Shown here piece after piece: positions 10,723-22,428 of a stretch of 59,758 nt of DNA. The DNA lies in the NCBI GenBank assembly GCA_002269645.1, contig NIVC01001544.1, forward strand, positions 1-59,758. Reading direction: 5' to 3'. The translations under genes were made by a program, and so were the position numbers. How positions within the stretch are numbered: the first letter of the stretch is position 1; each line of letters starts with the position of its first letter. The notes beneath the pieces are model-generated. The model did no database searches, was not told the DNA's origin, and saw only the letters and a list, made by a program, of their open reading frames with translations. Origin of the DNA: Macrostomum lignano. Taxonomy: Eukaryota.

Positions 10723-13700
10723 ATGTCATCTAACCAGGCACAACAAGTCACTTTTAATGACGAGGCGAATGCTGAGGTAAAGCTGAGATTTCACAACGCC
10801 ATTTTTCATTTCAACCTCGAGCTTGCGCAGATTTCTCAGTTTGCGCAAATTCAATTTTTTTTCAGATCGAATACGAGGAGCAGGAGCTGGAGGACGATCC
10901 CGAGGTCTACCGGCAGTTCGTCACCCTGGTGGACGGCGTGGTTGGTTCGCTCGCCCTGCTGCAGGCCGACATGGACAATGTGAGCCACGAACTCCTCCCT
11001 GTTCAGAGCAGTCGTGCCCTCTTCCAAAGCCGCGCTGGACCACTTGGCTACGGCCTCCTGTGCAGCCATGCCCTCATGTACTTTTAACTCTACTTTAAGT
11101 AGAAGCATGGGAAAGTTTGTTTCTTAGAAAGTTTTTTGAAGGCCTATTTTGCGCGAAAATTTACGCCGCTGAGTTCAGGAAAGCAAGAACTATCACCCTT
11201 TTTTATCATCAATCACTTATGTAATCGATCTTGTTGACGCATTTCAGTTTTTGTACTTTAAAGACGAGCTGATGCAGCAGCTGCTGCCACCGAACCTGCT
11301 GCTGCAGCTGTCGCTCATTTCCGGGAAACTGTTTCGAAGGTGAGTGAGTGAGAGTTTTATCCACCACCTGTTTTCCCTGAAGACAATCTGCTTTTCTACC
11401 TTTTTATCTACCATATTAACTACCTATCTAACAAGATAACTTCTTACCTAACGGGGGGTCTAGCATGACTCTCTGATGTGCCAGCGTCCCAGGCTCGATT
11501 CAAAGTGCAGTCACATTAATTTGAGGCTAAATTGCAATCTCGGCTTGGCTCTGCTCACGCAATTAACGCCCAGCTTGAGGGCCAACCCTCCAAGGCACAG
11601 TGAAGTGTACATGCCTAACTATAAATAAAGTCAGGACTATGACTGTACAATCTTGTGTGAGTGTGTGCCTGTGCGTATGACTGCGTACGTATCCGCGCGC
11701 TTGTGTGCCTGCTCAGGGGAGTCGGCAGTATGGACAGCAATGCCTCTCGCCGGTTGTGTGACAATGTCGCTTAAAGTGCGCCAAAGTGCACTCAACCCCC
11801 TAAAAGTAACTTCTTACCTACTCAATATACCTTTTACAAGCTACCACATACATTTACCTACCTACCTACCGATGTACCTTCTTACCTACTAATCAACCTA
11901 CCCCACCCGCCCACCGCTCCGCCAGCTACTCGGACCTGCAGTTCCCCCTGTGGGAGCTGCTCCGCCTGGTCCGGGTGTACTCCTCGCCCTGGGAGGAGAA
12001 GAAGGCCGCCCTGCAGAAGATGCACGAGGATTACGCGCGCAAGAAAAGCCAGCTGGAGATCGCGCTTCGGCGTCTGACTACGCAGGACGCGGAGGTGAAG
12101 CGCGCAGGCCGGGAGCGGCGCATCATGAACTGGGAGAAGCTGTTCGCCCGGGTGCAGATGGCCCGCGGCCACGGCCGGCGCTGGAAGTTCCGGATGCACG
12201 ATTTCAAAAAACGCGCCGCAATGGGCGTCGAACATCTGGGAAAATATTTTGCCGAAGATCAGAGCGACCTGGAGTCGGATGTCGAACCGTCGGAGGTTGG
12301 CGAGGACGCCGAGGTCGAGGTTGATGAAGCCGACAGGGAGGCTGGGGAGGCGGACGAATCCCCTGCTGATGAGGCGGCACAGCGGGAAAACACCGAGGAG
12401 AAAACCGCGGCCGCTGTGGAGCAGGTGGCGGAGGATTTTCCTGAGATTGAGCTCGAGTCTATGAGCGAGATCAACGCGGAGGAGCCCGAAGAGCCGGTTA
12501 GTTGCCATGGGGTTGCTATGGTGTTGCTACGATGTTATGGCGTTGCTACGCCGTTACTAAGCCGTTGCTAGAGTGTTGCTACGGCCTTGCTGCGACAATG
12601 CTTCTTTGGCGTTGCTTTGGTCTGGCTTAAGTGTTGTTAGGACGTTTTTTAAATTCCTTACTTGGTTTTGCTTTCGTTTCTCTGCTATTCTTAATAATCA
12701 ATATTCCTCAATAGAAAAACACTTAAAACCCCATTTCCAGCTGTACCAAGAAGCAACAGACGTGAAAAGTGTTTCCGTAAGTACTACTTATACTATCATT
12801 GGCAGCAATGCGGTTGTTCGATAGTGAACTATAATTATTCTGTCCAACTCGCAGATGCCAGCCGAGATCGCTCTGCCAGTTGAGACGGCCGATGCCGAGG
12901 TGTGGACTCACGAGCCGGAGTTTGGCAGGCGCCTGCACGTGCGGGTATACCCAGCCAAGCAGGTCAAGGCCAAGCAGGTGTCTGTTGAGGTCGAGTTTGA
13001 TGACGGAGGTGACGAAGAACCCGCCTGCCACCAGCTGGAGGTGCAGGACGTCCTGGTGCCCGCCGCAGATGAGAAGCGTCGGATGCCGCGTAGGCGTCAG
13101 GTGCGCGCATAAAAATTGACCTTGTTGCTATGGCGTTGCTGTGGTTTTGCTAAGTTGCTATGGAGTTGTTTATGTCGTTGCTATGGAGTTGTTTATGTCG
13201 TTGCTATGGAGTTTTTTATGTCGTTGCTATGGAGTTGTTTATGTCGTTGCTATGGTTTTGCTAAGTTGCTATGGAGTTGTTTGTCGTTGCTATGGTTTTT
13301 CATCTTACTATAGCTGTTATTATGTTTCTAGAGTCGTTTTTTATTTCTCTGACAGGGCGCAGCGGCTGACGAAAACGGTTCAGGCGCCGGCGGGGCGGCG
13401 GCGGCGGCGGCGGCGGCCGCTTTCCAGGAGGTGAGCTTCTTGGTGCCCGACGGTGTGGCACCGGAGCACGGCGGTCCGCAGCTGCGCATCAACGTGCAGA
13501 ACGAGCGGATGGACCGGGTTGGCTCGGTAGTCCTCAGCCTCCGACAGCTGGTCGACGCCGACCTGCTCACTCTGGACGTCGGCGCCGACGACAGCGCTGC
13601 TGGCAACGAGGACGAGTTGGAACGGCGTCGACGGACGCTGGAGGAGCTCGGGCCGATCGAGTACCCGATGCTGCTCAACGACATCGAGGCTGGACAGCTG

Positions 13701-16700
13701 CCCATGCTGGTCTACTGGACTCGATGGCCTGTGCCGCGAGTTGCCGAAAGGGACAATAGTGAGTTGCTATGGGTTTGTTTATGGCGTTGCTATGGACTTG
13801 CTGTCAGAAAATTATGGTTATACTGTTGATATGGCGTTGCTATGGGATAAGCTTTTTGTGTACGTTACCACAACGTTGCTATGGCGTTTTAAAATTTCAG
13901 GTGTTAACTTAATGAAAGTTTTTAAGTTCAATATTTTCGTTAAAGAAAATAGTTAGGTCAAAATGCGTGCATCGGTATGCTCCAAAGTTTCTATACAACT
14001 TAGTTATAATGATAGAGCTAGTTTTTTAATCATTCTCATATTTGCTGTTGACTTATTCAGTTTGTCAGGTGACATTGGGACTGATTTATTGCATGAACTG
14101 CCTGCCCGATTTAATTTCAGCTCCATTTAGACAGGCACTGGCACCGTCTATGGTAATTTCCTATGATTTCATCCAGTTTTGAGCACAACGCAACCCCTTC
14201 ACCGCGTTCCGTCACTTCACTCTAAGTTGATTAAAAGAAAAAGTCAACTGTAGAGAAGTGGAAGTCACACCCCATTGTTACTCTGTGTTATTCATTGTCA
14301 CCAGCCTGTCGATTTGAATTTTTGATACTTAACCATTTACCAATGCAAGATTCCCGTTTGTTTTTGCTACTTGCCCAGCCATCGGAGCTTTTGTGCACTT
14401 TGGGTGCCTGCTTGACGCCCGTTTGACCAAATTTAATTTCCATTGTTCAAGTACGAGCAAGTACATTGAAGTACATCATGTCTTGCTCAAGGACACAAAT
14501 TGTTCCGAGTGGGTCAAGAATCGAACCCCCGACCTTTCAGTCGGTGAGTCCGACGCTCTATCCACTAGGCTGCAACCCCCATTAAGCTACAATTCCCCTC
14601 TGAAGTACATGACGTCCTTTTAATAGCGAGGTACTTGGAACTACTAACTAGAAATGCATAATGTTTACTCTGCTGCATTATAAATATAATTTTACTAATC
14701 TGTACTAATCAGGTGTAAGTTTATGCAGAGCAAATAAATTGGGAATAGACACGTTAGTGCTGTACATCAACACCGCCACCCACCATCATCGTCATCTGCG
14801 CGTCACCTGCAGACACCGCCTCGGTGTTCGAGCTGGTCGAGGAGCTGACTGGCATCGACCTAACGAAGGTCACCAAGGAGGAGCTGACCAGGGAGAAGAT
14901 CGACGCGTGCATGTCGCCGAGGCCGATGACGCCGCAGCCTGTGAGACAGTTTTCATAAGAGGGAATCGCAGTATAGGCTAGACTTACTAACACTACTCAT
15001 ACTTAACTAATTATCCTACTTATCAGTAGTGAGCAGTGAAAACTGCAACCATTTTAGCTGCATTTAGAGCTAGAATTGTTGGTTAATTCTAAAAATCAGT
15101 GCACGCGAGTTTAAACAAATTCATTAAATTTTTAAATTATTTGCTATTTCCAGGAAAACGTTCCGAGAGAGGAATTCGACAAGTTGAACGAGGAATTTTC
15201 TGAGAAGTTCGCTCAACTTGAGAGAGATTACGTGTAAGATTAAGCGGCTATTTTGTTTGTCAGACTACCTGGATTGAGTGGTTGGGATTTTACGGCTCCT
15301 AGTGTAGGGGGTAAAACCAAACCACGCTCTAAAGGTTGTGGGTTCGAATCCCCGGCACGGCCTCGTTAATTTGAGATTCTGAAAGTCCCCAAGTGAAAGA
15401 GCCACCAAGTGACGAGAAATCAAACCCTTGTCACTTAATCTTAGTTCCAGAGTCAGGTGATCTCGCATTTTTGCAGGGAAAAGCTGAAAGCGCTCGAGGC
15501 TCAGCTGAGCAGCAGCGAGGCGCCGGCGACAGCGACGCAACAGCAGGCCGCCGCCGCGGACACGCAGGAGCGAGCGACCAGCGCCCAGCGCTCCCTGCCG
15601 GGTTCGCGGCGGTCGTCTGGGAGGAGAGCGACGCCGCAGCTGGCGCAGCAGCAGCAGGCGGCTGAAGAGACTGCGGTGAGCTTGAAGATTAAAAAATTTC
15701 TATATTATTCTAGAAGTGCATGTACATGTAATGAAAACAAGGCACAGAGAGTGTACATGCCTGACGACATGCCTAACGACATGCCTGACAACATGCCTGA
15801 CGACATGCCTAACGACATGCCTGACGACATGCCTGACGACATGCCTAACGACATGCCTGACGACATGCCTGACGACATGCCTAACGACATGCCTAACGAC
15901 ATGCCTGACGACATGCCTGACGACATGCCTGACGACATGCCTGACGACATGCCTGACGACATGCCTAACGACATGCCTGACGACATGCCTGACGACATGC
16001 CTAACGACATGCCTAACGACATGCCTGACGACATGCCTGACGACATGCCTGACGACATGCCTAACGACATGCCTGACGACATGCCTGACAACATGCCTGA
16101 CGACATGCCTGACGACATGCCTAACGACATGCCTGACGACATGCCTGACGACATGCCTAACGACATGCCTGACGACATGCCTGACGACATGCCTGACGAC
16201 ATGCCTGACGACATGCCTGACGACATGCCTGACGACATGCCTGACGACATGCCTGACGACATGCCTGACGACATGCCTGACGACATGCCTGACGACATGC
16301 CTGACGACATGCCTGACGACATGCCTGACGACATGCCTGACGACATGCCTGACGACATGCCTGACGACATGCCTGACGACATGCCTAACGACATGCCTGA
16401 CGACATGCCTGACGACATGCCTGACGACATTCCTGACGACATTCCTGACGACATGCCTGACGACATGCCTGACGCTTGTATGTTAGGAGGAGTTACTATT
16501 ATTATTGTTGATTTTCACTAACTCGATATTTGCACTTGCAGCAACAGCAGCAGCAGCCGCCAAAGAAGCCGGGCATCCGCGTGCCTCCCCGACCTCAGCG
16601 CCCAAAGAAGAACTTCATGGTGGGCCGGCCGCTGCCAGCCTGGGGCGAGGACCTGCCAGAAGATTTCTTCGAGCGCATGGAGCTGCTCAACCACCTGACT

Positions 16701-19315
16701 CGCGAGCACAAGGCCCGCCTCGTTGCTCAGATTCGAGCCGAGATTGCTCGAGAAGTTGAGGCTCAGCTGATGGAGCTGTCGCGACTGGCCGCTGGCTACG
16801 ATGATGATGAAGATGAGCAGGGAGAGGCCGGGGAGGCTGGAGAGGACAGGCGGCAGCTGAGCTCAGCTGACGAAGTCACCATTCCTGCGCTGTTCATGCC
16901 GCAGCGGGGCGAGCGCAAGGTGTACAACCCCAGGGCGCACCTGTACTTCCAGCCGCACGGCATCAAAGGTGCTCGGCTCACTCAGCCGCCCTCTATGCTG
17001 AGCCTGCCGCCGCTGCCTGCTGTGAGTCTGATGGAGGATGGGGCCGCGGCACTGCCGAGGTTTCTCACTGGGAATTCAGGGCTCTCATAAGCCTACGAAG
17101 TCTTCAAAATCTTTAAAATACAGTAGAATCTGATATTAAAACGACAATCTGATCCCAGATCAACAATCTGATATCCCAAATCGACAATCTGATCCCAGAT
17201 CAACAATCTGATATCCCAAATCGACAATCTGATCCCAGATCGACAATCTGATATCCCAAATCGACAATCTGATATCCCAAATCGACAATCTGATTCCAAA
17301 TCGACAATCTGATCCCAGATCGACAATCTGATATCCCAAATCGACAATCTGATCCCAGATCGACAATCTGATCCCAAATCGACAATCTGATCCCAAATCG
17401 AAAATCTGATCCCAGATCGACAATCTGATTCCAAATCGACAATCTGATCCCAGATCGACAATCTGATCCCAGATCGACAATCTGATCCCAGATCGACAAT
17501 CTGATCCCAGATCGACAATCTGATCCCAAATCGACAATCTGATCCCAGATCGACAATCTGATCCCAAATCGACAATCTGATCCCAAATCGACAATCTGAT
17601 CCCAGATCGACAATCTGATCCCAGATCGACAATCTGATCCCAGATCGACAATCTGATCCCAAATCGACAATCTGATCCCAGATCGACAATCTGATCCCAA
17701 ATCGACAATCTGATCCCAAATCGACAATCTGATCCCAAATCGACAATCTGATCCCAAATCGACAATCTGATCCCAAATCGACAATCTGATCCCAAATTGA
17801 CAATCTGATCCCAAATCGACAATCTGATATTCCAAATCGACAATCTGATCACAGATCGACAATCTGATCCCAAATCGACAATCTGATCCGAAATCGACAA
17901 TCTGATCCCAAATCGACAATCTGATCCCAAATCGACAGTCTGATCCCAAATTGACAATCTGATCCCAAATCGACAATCTGATATCCCAAATCGACTATCT
18001 GATCCCAAATCGACAATCTGATCCCAAATTGACAATCTGATCCCAAATCGACAATCTGATCCCAAATCGACAATCTGATCCCAAATTGACAATCTGATCC
18101 CAAATCGACAATCTGATCCCAAATCGACAATCTGATATCCCAAATCGACTATCTGATCCCAAATCGACAATCTGATCCCAAATTGACAATCTGATCCCAA
18201 ATCGACAATCTGATCCCAAATCGACAATCTGATCCCAAATTGACAATCTGATCCCAAATCGACAATCTGATCCCAAATCGACAATCTGATATCCCAAATC
18301 GACTATCTGATCCCAAATCGACAATCTGATCCCAAATTGACAATCTGATCCCAAATCGACAATCTGATCCCAAATCGACAATCTGATCCCAAATTGACAA
18401 TCTGATCCCAAATCGACAATCTGATCCCAAATCGACAATCTGATATCCCAAATCGACAATCTGATCCCAGATCGACTATCTGACCCCAAATCGAAAATCT
18501 GATCCCAGATCGACAATCTGATCCCAAATCGACAATCTGATCCCAGATCGACAATCTGATCCCAAATCGACAATCTGATCCCAAATCGACAATCTGATCC
18601 CAAATCGACAATCTGATCCCAAATCGACAATCTGATCCCAAATCGACAATCTGATCCCAAATCGACAATCTGATCCCAAATTGACAATCTGATCCCAAAT
18701 CGACAATCGATATCCCAAATCGACTATCTGATCCCAGATCGACAATCTGATATTCCATATCGACAATCTGATCCCAGATCGACAATCTGAATCTCAAATC
18801 GACAATCTGATCCGAAATCGACAATCTGATCCCAAATCGACAATCTGATCCCAAATCGACAATCTGATCCCAAATTGACAATCTGATCCCAAATCGACAA
18901 TCTGATCCCAAATCGACAATCTGATCCCAAATCGACAATCTGATCCCAGATCGACAATCTGATCCCAGATCGACAATCTGATCCCAAATCGACAATCTGA
19001 TCCCAAATCGACAATCTGATCCCAAAACGACTATCTGATCGCAAAGCGAGAATCTCATCTTAAGAATACTATTTAAAGTCAAATATGAACTAGCTACAAG
19101 TAGATGCGAATATTTGTTATTGCACTGTACATGTAAATGTTTGCAGTAGCCCCCTTACACTTCCGCTTGCAATTTCTCATACAATTTTCCAGCGAACTTC
19201 AGTCCTGAATTTGTTCGATGTGAGCAGTCGACCAGCAGCTCAGAGCGTCACCGCCCCGCCTCCCAACGTCAGCATTCAGACTCAGCTGAGCATGCTCAAG
19301 AAAACTGTCAATTAA
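10723..19315 (+). CDS. Uncharacterised protein, about 829 aa, 11 exons: 10723-10776, 10866-10979, 11248-11339, 11926-12496, 12855-13100, 13356-13758, 14813-14940, 15154-15233, 15477-15675, 16542-17021, 19193-19315
   Basis: All ten introns are GT-AG and the phases chain without frameshift (2490 nt). Exons are GC-rich with coding-like codon use. It has an N-terminal helical/coiled-coil region, an acidic tract, a possible beta-sandwich (C2-like) segment and a C-terminal IPALFMPQR..YNPRAHLYFQPHG..RLTQPPSMLSLPPLP motif. AATAAA at 19343. Confidence 0.82.
12497..13890 (+). repeat. Three patches of a degenerate GTTGCTATGG repeat at the 5' ends of three consecutive introns (about 12497-12610, 13118-13325, 13765-13890)
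   Basis: Repeated GTTGCTATGG / GTTGCCATGG / GTTGCTACG units shortly after the donors at 12497, 13101 and 13759. Confidence 0.85.
14479..14580 (-). mobile_element. tRNA-derived SINE, 3'-truncated copy
   Basis: Its reverse complement is about 90% identical to the first 100 nt of the copy at 24194, with A box TAGTGGATAGAGC and B box GGTTCGATTC. Confidence 0.8.
15255..15365 (+). mobile_element. Possible second tRNA-derived SINE head (degenerate)
   Basis: A-box-like GAGTGGTTGG and B-box/T-loop GGGTTCGAATCCC inside an intron. There is no cloverleaf and no second copy in the window. Confidence 0.3.
15757..16474 (+). repeat. 12-bp minisatellite (ATGCCTGACGAC)n, about 60 units, intronic
   Basis: Lies between donor 15676 and acceptor 16541. 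It explains the MPDD / CLTT / MSSG ORFs. Confidence 0.97.
17141..19040 (+). repeat. 19-bp minisatellite (CGACAATCTGATCCCAAAT)n with 21-bp variants, about 98 units, filling the last intron
   Basis: Lies between donor 17022 and acceptor 19192. It explains the SIWDQIVDLGSDCRFGIRL ORFs. Confidence 0.97.
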
Positions 19316-20302
19316 ATGCAGAGAGAAATCATTCTGTACTATTAATAAAAATAATTGACCACCCGAACCAATCTTCTGTATTTTGGCCCCTCTGTATGAA
19401 TGAATTTAACTTAAAATTGCCTCAGATGATTTACATGTACAATCGAATTAACAAATTTGTTAATTTAGATTTTGATTTTCAACAGTGCATCATAATGTAC
19501 TTTATATAAGCACAAATTGTTGTTGTGCCTTAAAATCAAGAAAAAACACGTCGAGAAGCTTTCCTTTTACTTTAAACATGTGTCTAACTTCACGTGTTTT
19601 AAAGTATCTCTTTTATCGTGATATTTTCAAACGATATTTTTCCACATGCTTTGCTTGCTTTTGTATTTTTTACAGATTTTCAAATCAGTGGATATTTCAT
19701 TCATTCCGGCCTTAACTTTGAACTTCTGCCATTCTTGTAGCAAACTATTTGTTAATTCTTTGAAAAATCTGTTTCTTAGAAGCGTTTGCCGTTTAGCTTG
19801 TAGATTAACAAATCAGGATTAGATAAGCAATCGATCAAGGCTTAATGAACAAGTCCGAATTGGATCGATAAAGCAGAGTTAAATAAGAATAATATCAATT
19901 GTCAAACGAATACACATGAATTCAAAAAACTAATAAATATTTGAATTTAGACAACCAAAATACGACCCACTACGAAACAAATTAAATCAACCCGTTATGA
20001 AAGAAGAAATGTTGAAAAAAATAAGCTAAACATAAATAAAAACGAACAAATGTCTAATTCAAATAAACTAAAATCAAAGTTACAGAAGCAATTCAAAACA
20101 TTAAAATAAAATCTGGATTATAGAAAATCACATAAAAGTTTGATTACCAAATCAAAAGCCAAGATTAAGTAAAAATTACTATTAGATAAACAAACCAGAT
20201 CAGAATAACGTAAATATGTAAATTACAATAAAAATATAAGAATAAATTAGTAATTAAATTTCATTGCAATTTTTTCAGCTCTGGGTCGCAATTATCGGGC
20301 GC

Positions 20303-21807
20303 ATGGAATCCGAAATTGCAGACCTACAAAACCCGGAAGTGCCGCAGTGCCTCTACTGGTCAGCCGAGCAGGTGGCGGACTGGGTGTCCAGCCTCGGACT
20401 CGGCCAGTACCGGGACTGCTTCCTCACCAACGGCATCAACGGGCGCCGTCTGGTTCTGGTTGACGCGTCAAATTTGCCTAAAATCGGGGTGCACGAGTTT
20501 CAGCACGTGCAGGCGTTGAGCGGAGCTGTGCGCGACCTGCTGAAGATCGAGAGCCCCAGATGGGATCGGTGGGTCACGGCTCTGCTCTTTTGCCTTCGAA
20601 TTTGTACTTTTGGCACAAAAATGTTTTACTTTTAATAATAACTGTCGCGTCAAAATACATTGAAGCATCTGGATTTGCGCCAATTCAAATGTCAAGAATT
20701 GGCGCCAAATTGAGTGTCCTAGGATTTGCGCCAAATTAGGAGTCAGAGCGTTGGCGCCAGATTTAGTCTCTCAGCGTTGGCGCAAAATTTAGTGTCAGGA
20801 TTGGCGCCAAATTTAGTGTGTCAGGATTAGCGCTTAATTTAGTGTCAGGATTGGCGCCAAATTTAGTGTCAGGATTGGCGCCAAATTTAGTGTCAGAATT
20901 AGCGCCAAAATTAGTGTCAGAATTGGCGCCAAATTTAGTGTCAGGATTGGCGCCAAATTTAGTGTCAGGATTAGCGCCAAATTTTTAGTGTCAGGATTGG
21001 CGCCAAATTTAGTGTCAGGATTGGCGCCAAATCTTGTGTCAGGATCGGCGCCAAATTTAGTGTCAGGATTGGCGCCAAATTTAGTGTCAGGATTGGCGCC
21101 AAATTTAGTGTCAGGATTAGCGCCAAATTTAGTGTCAGGATTGGCGCCAAATTTAGTGTCAGGATTGGCGCCAAATTTTGTGTCAGGATTGGCGCCAAAT
21201 TTAGTGTCAGGATTAGCGCCAAATTTAGTGTCAGGATTGGCGCCAAATTTAGTGTCAGGATTTGCGCCAAATTTAGTGTCAGAATTGGCGCCAAATTTAG
21301 TGTCAGAATTGGCGCCAAATTTAGTGTCAGGATTGGCGCCAAATTTAGTGTCAGGATTGGCGCCAAATTTAGTGTCAGGATTGGCGCCAAATTTAGTGTC
21401 AGAATTGGCGCCAAATTTAGTGTCAGGATTGGCGCCAAATTTAGTGTCAGGATTGGCGTCAAATTTAGTGTCAGGATTAGAGAAAGTAATTGTCAGGATT
21501 GGCGCTAAATTAAATGTCATGATTGGCGCCCACTTCAGTGTCAGTATCGACGCCAAATTCCGTGTCAGGGTATCAGGTAAAGCGTCAGTTGCAGCCATTG
21601 ATAAGACTATATTCTAAACCCATTTCCAGCCGCATCTACCTGCCGCCCCGCGACAACCTCGGCATGTACCTGGAGATGAAAAGCAAAACCGGGAAGTCTC
21701 TAGACGAGCTGACCTACGATAAATTCAATGCGAAATTCTCCAACGCGAAGTGGAGACCCCCCGTGGCGAACATGTGCCTCCTGCTGCCGCCCAGCTCTGA
21801 CGAGTGA
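20303..21807 (+). CDS. SAMD15: SAM domain protein, SAMD15-like, 147 aa. Exons 20303-20568, 21630-21807
   Basis: SAM fold motif WSAEQVADWVSSLGLGQYRDCF..NGINGRRL followed by the SAMD15-type tail LPPRDNLGMYLEMKSKTG. The phase-2 GT-AG intron joins in frame. Confidence 0.75.
20684..21560 (+). repeat. 24-bp minisatellite (GGATTGGCGCCAAATTTAGTGTCA)n filling the SAMD15-like intron
   Basis: Directly visible. Each unit carries the palindrome TTGGCGCCAA. Confidence 0.96.
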
Positions 21808-22428
21808 CTGAAAATTTAACTGAACGAATGGCTTTTGTTATATTTTTTAGTTTGTTTAATTGTGCTAGACGGAAGTTTGAATTCGCGCCGGAAAGCGTTT
21901 GACGATTGTTAAACTCTAATCTGAATAATTAAACAACAAAGATATCTGCTAAACCTATCTTCTGAATTATGTTTCCGTCCAGTGTTTATCTGTTTTTCTG
22001 TTTTACTGGCCTGCTATTTTTGCAAGAAGATAAAATTCTCGCGCACAATTTCTCTGCTGCATGAATTTCGTGTAAGATATCTATATATTTTCTGATTTTT
22101 TAAGATTCTTATTATACACTTTCTATTATGCTCTTAAAATAAAACCTTGCTGCTTCACTGATTCTCAGTTTTTCGGATGAATTTTTTTTACATAACTTCA
22201 ATAATTTTGGTAGTAAGTGATTGTAGGAATCTAGGAGATAATTATATTGGTTTTCAATAATTTTATAAAGCGTAGATGTATTATCAGTGGGCATTACTAC
22301 TTTGTTTAAACCGACAAACACATCAGTGTTTAAAGATGGTTTAAAATGCGTTAAAATAAGTTTCTAAGAAACCGGTCCACTTTAACGTCAGAATTTTAGC
22401 TTTTCCGGTGTTGCACTTGCGAAACGTC

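Noticed and set aside
15457-16521. 354-aa ORF with about 60 MPDD repeats in frame with the upstream exon
   Set aside because: A good donor at 15676 and acceptor at 16541 remove it. Retention would hit a stop at 16519 before the next conserved exon, and there is no synonymous-site variation.
17093-19082. Stack of minus-strand repeat ORFs
   Set aside because: Artefacts of the 19-bp intronic array.
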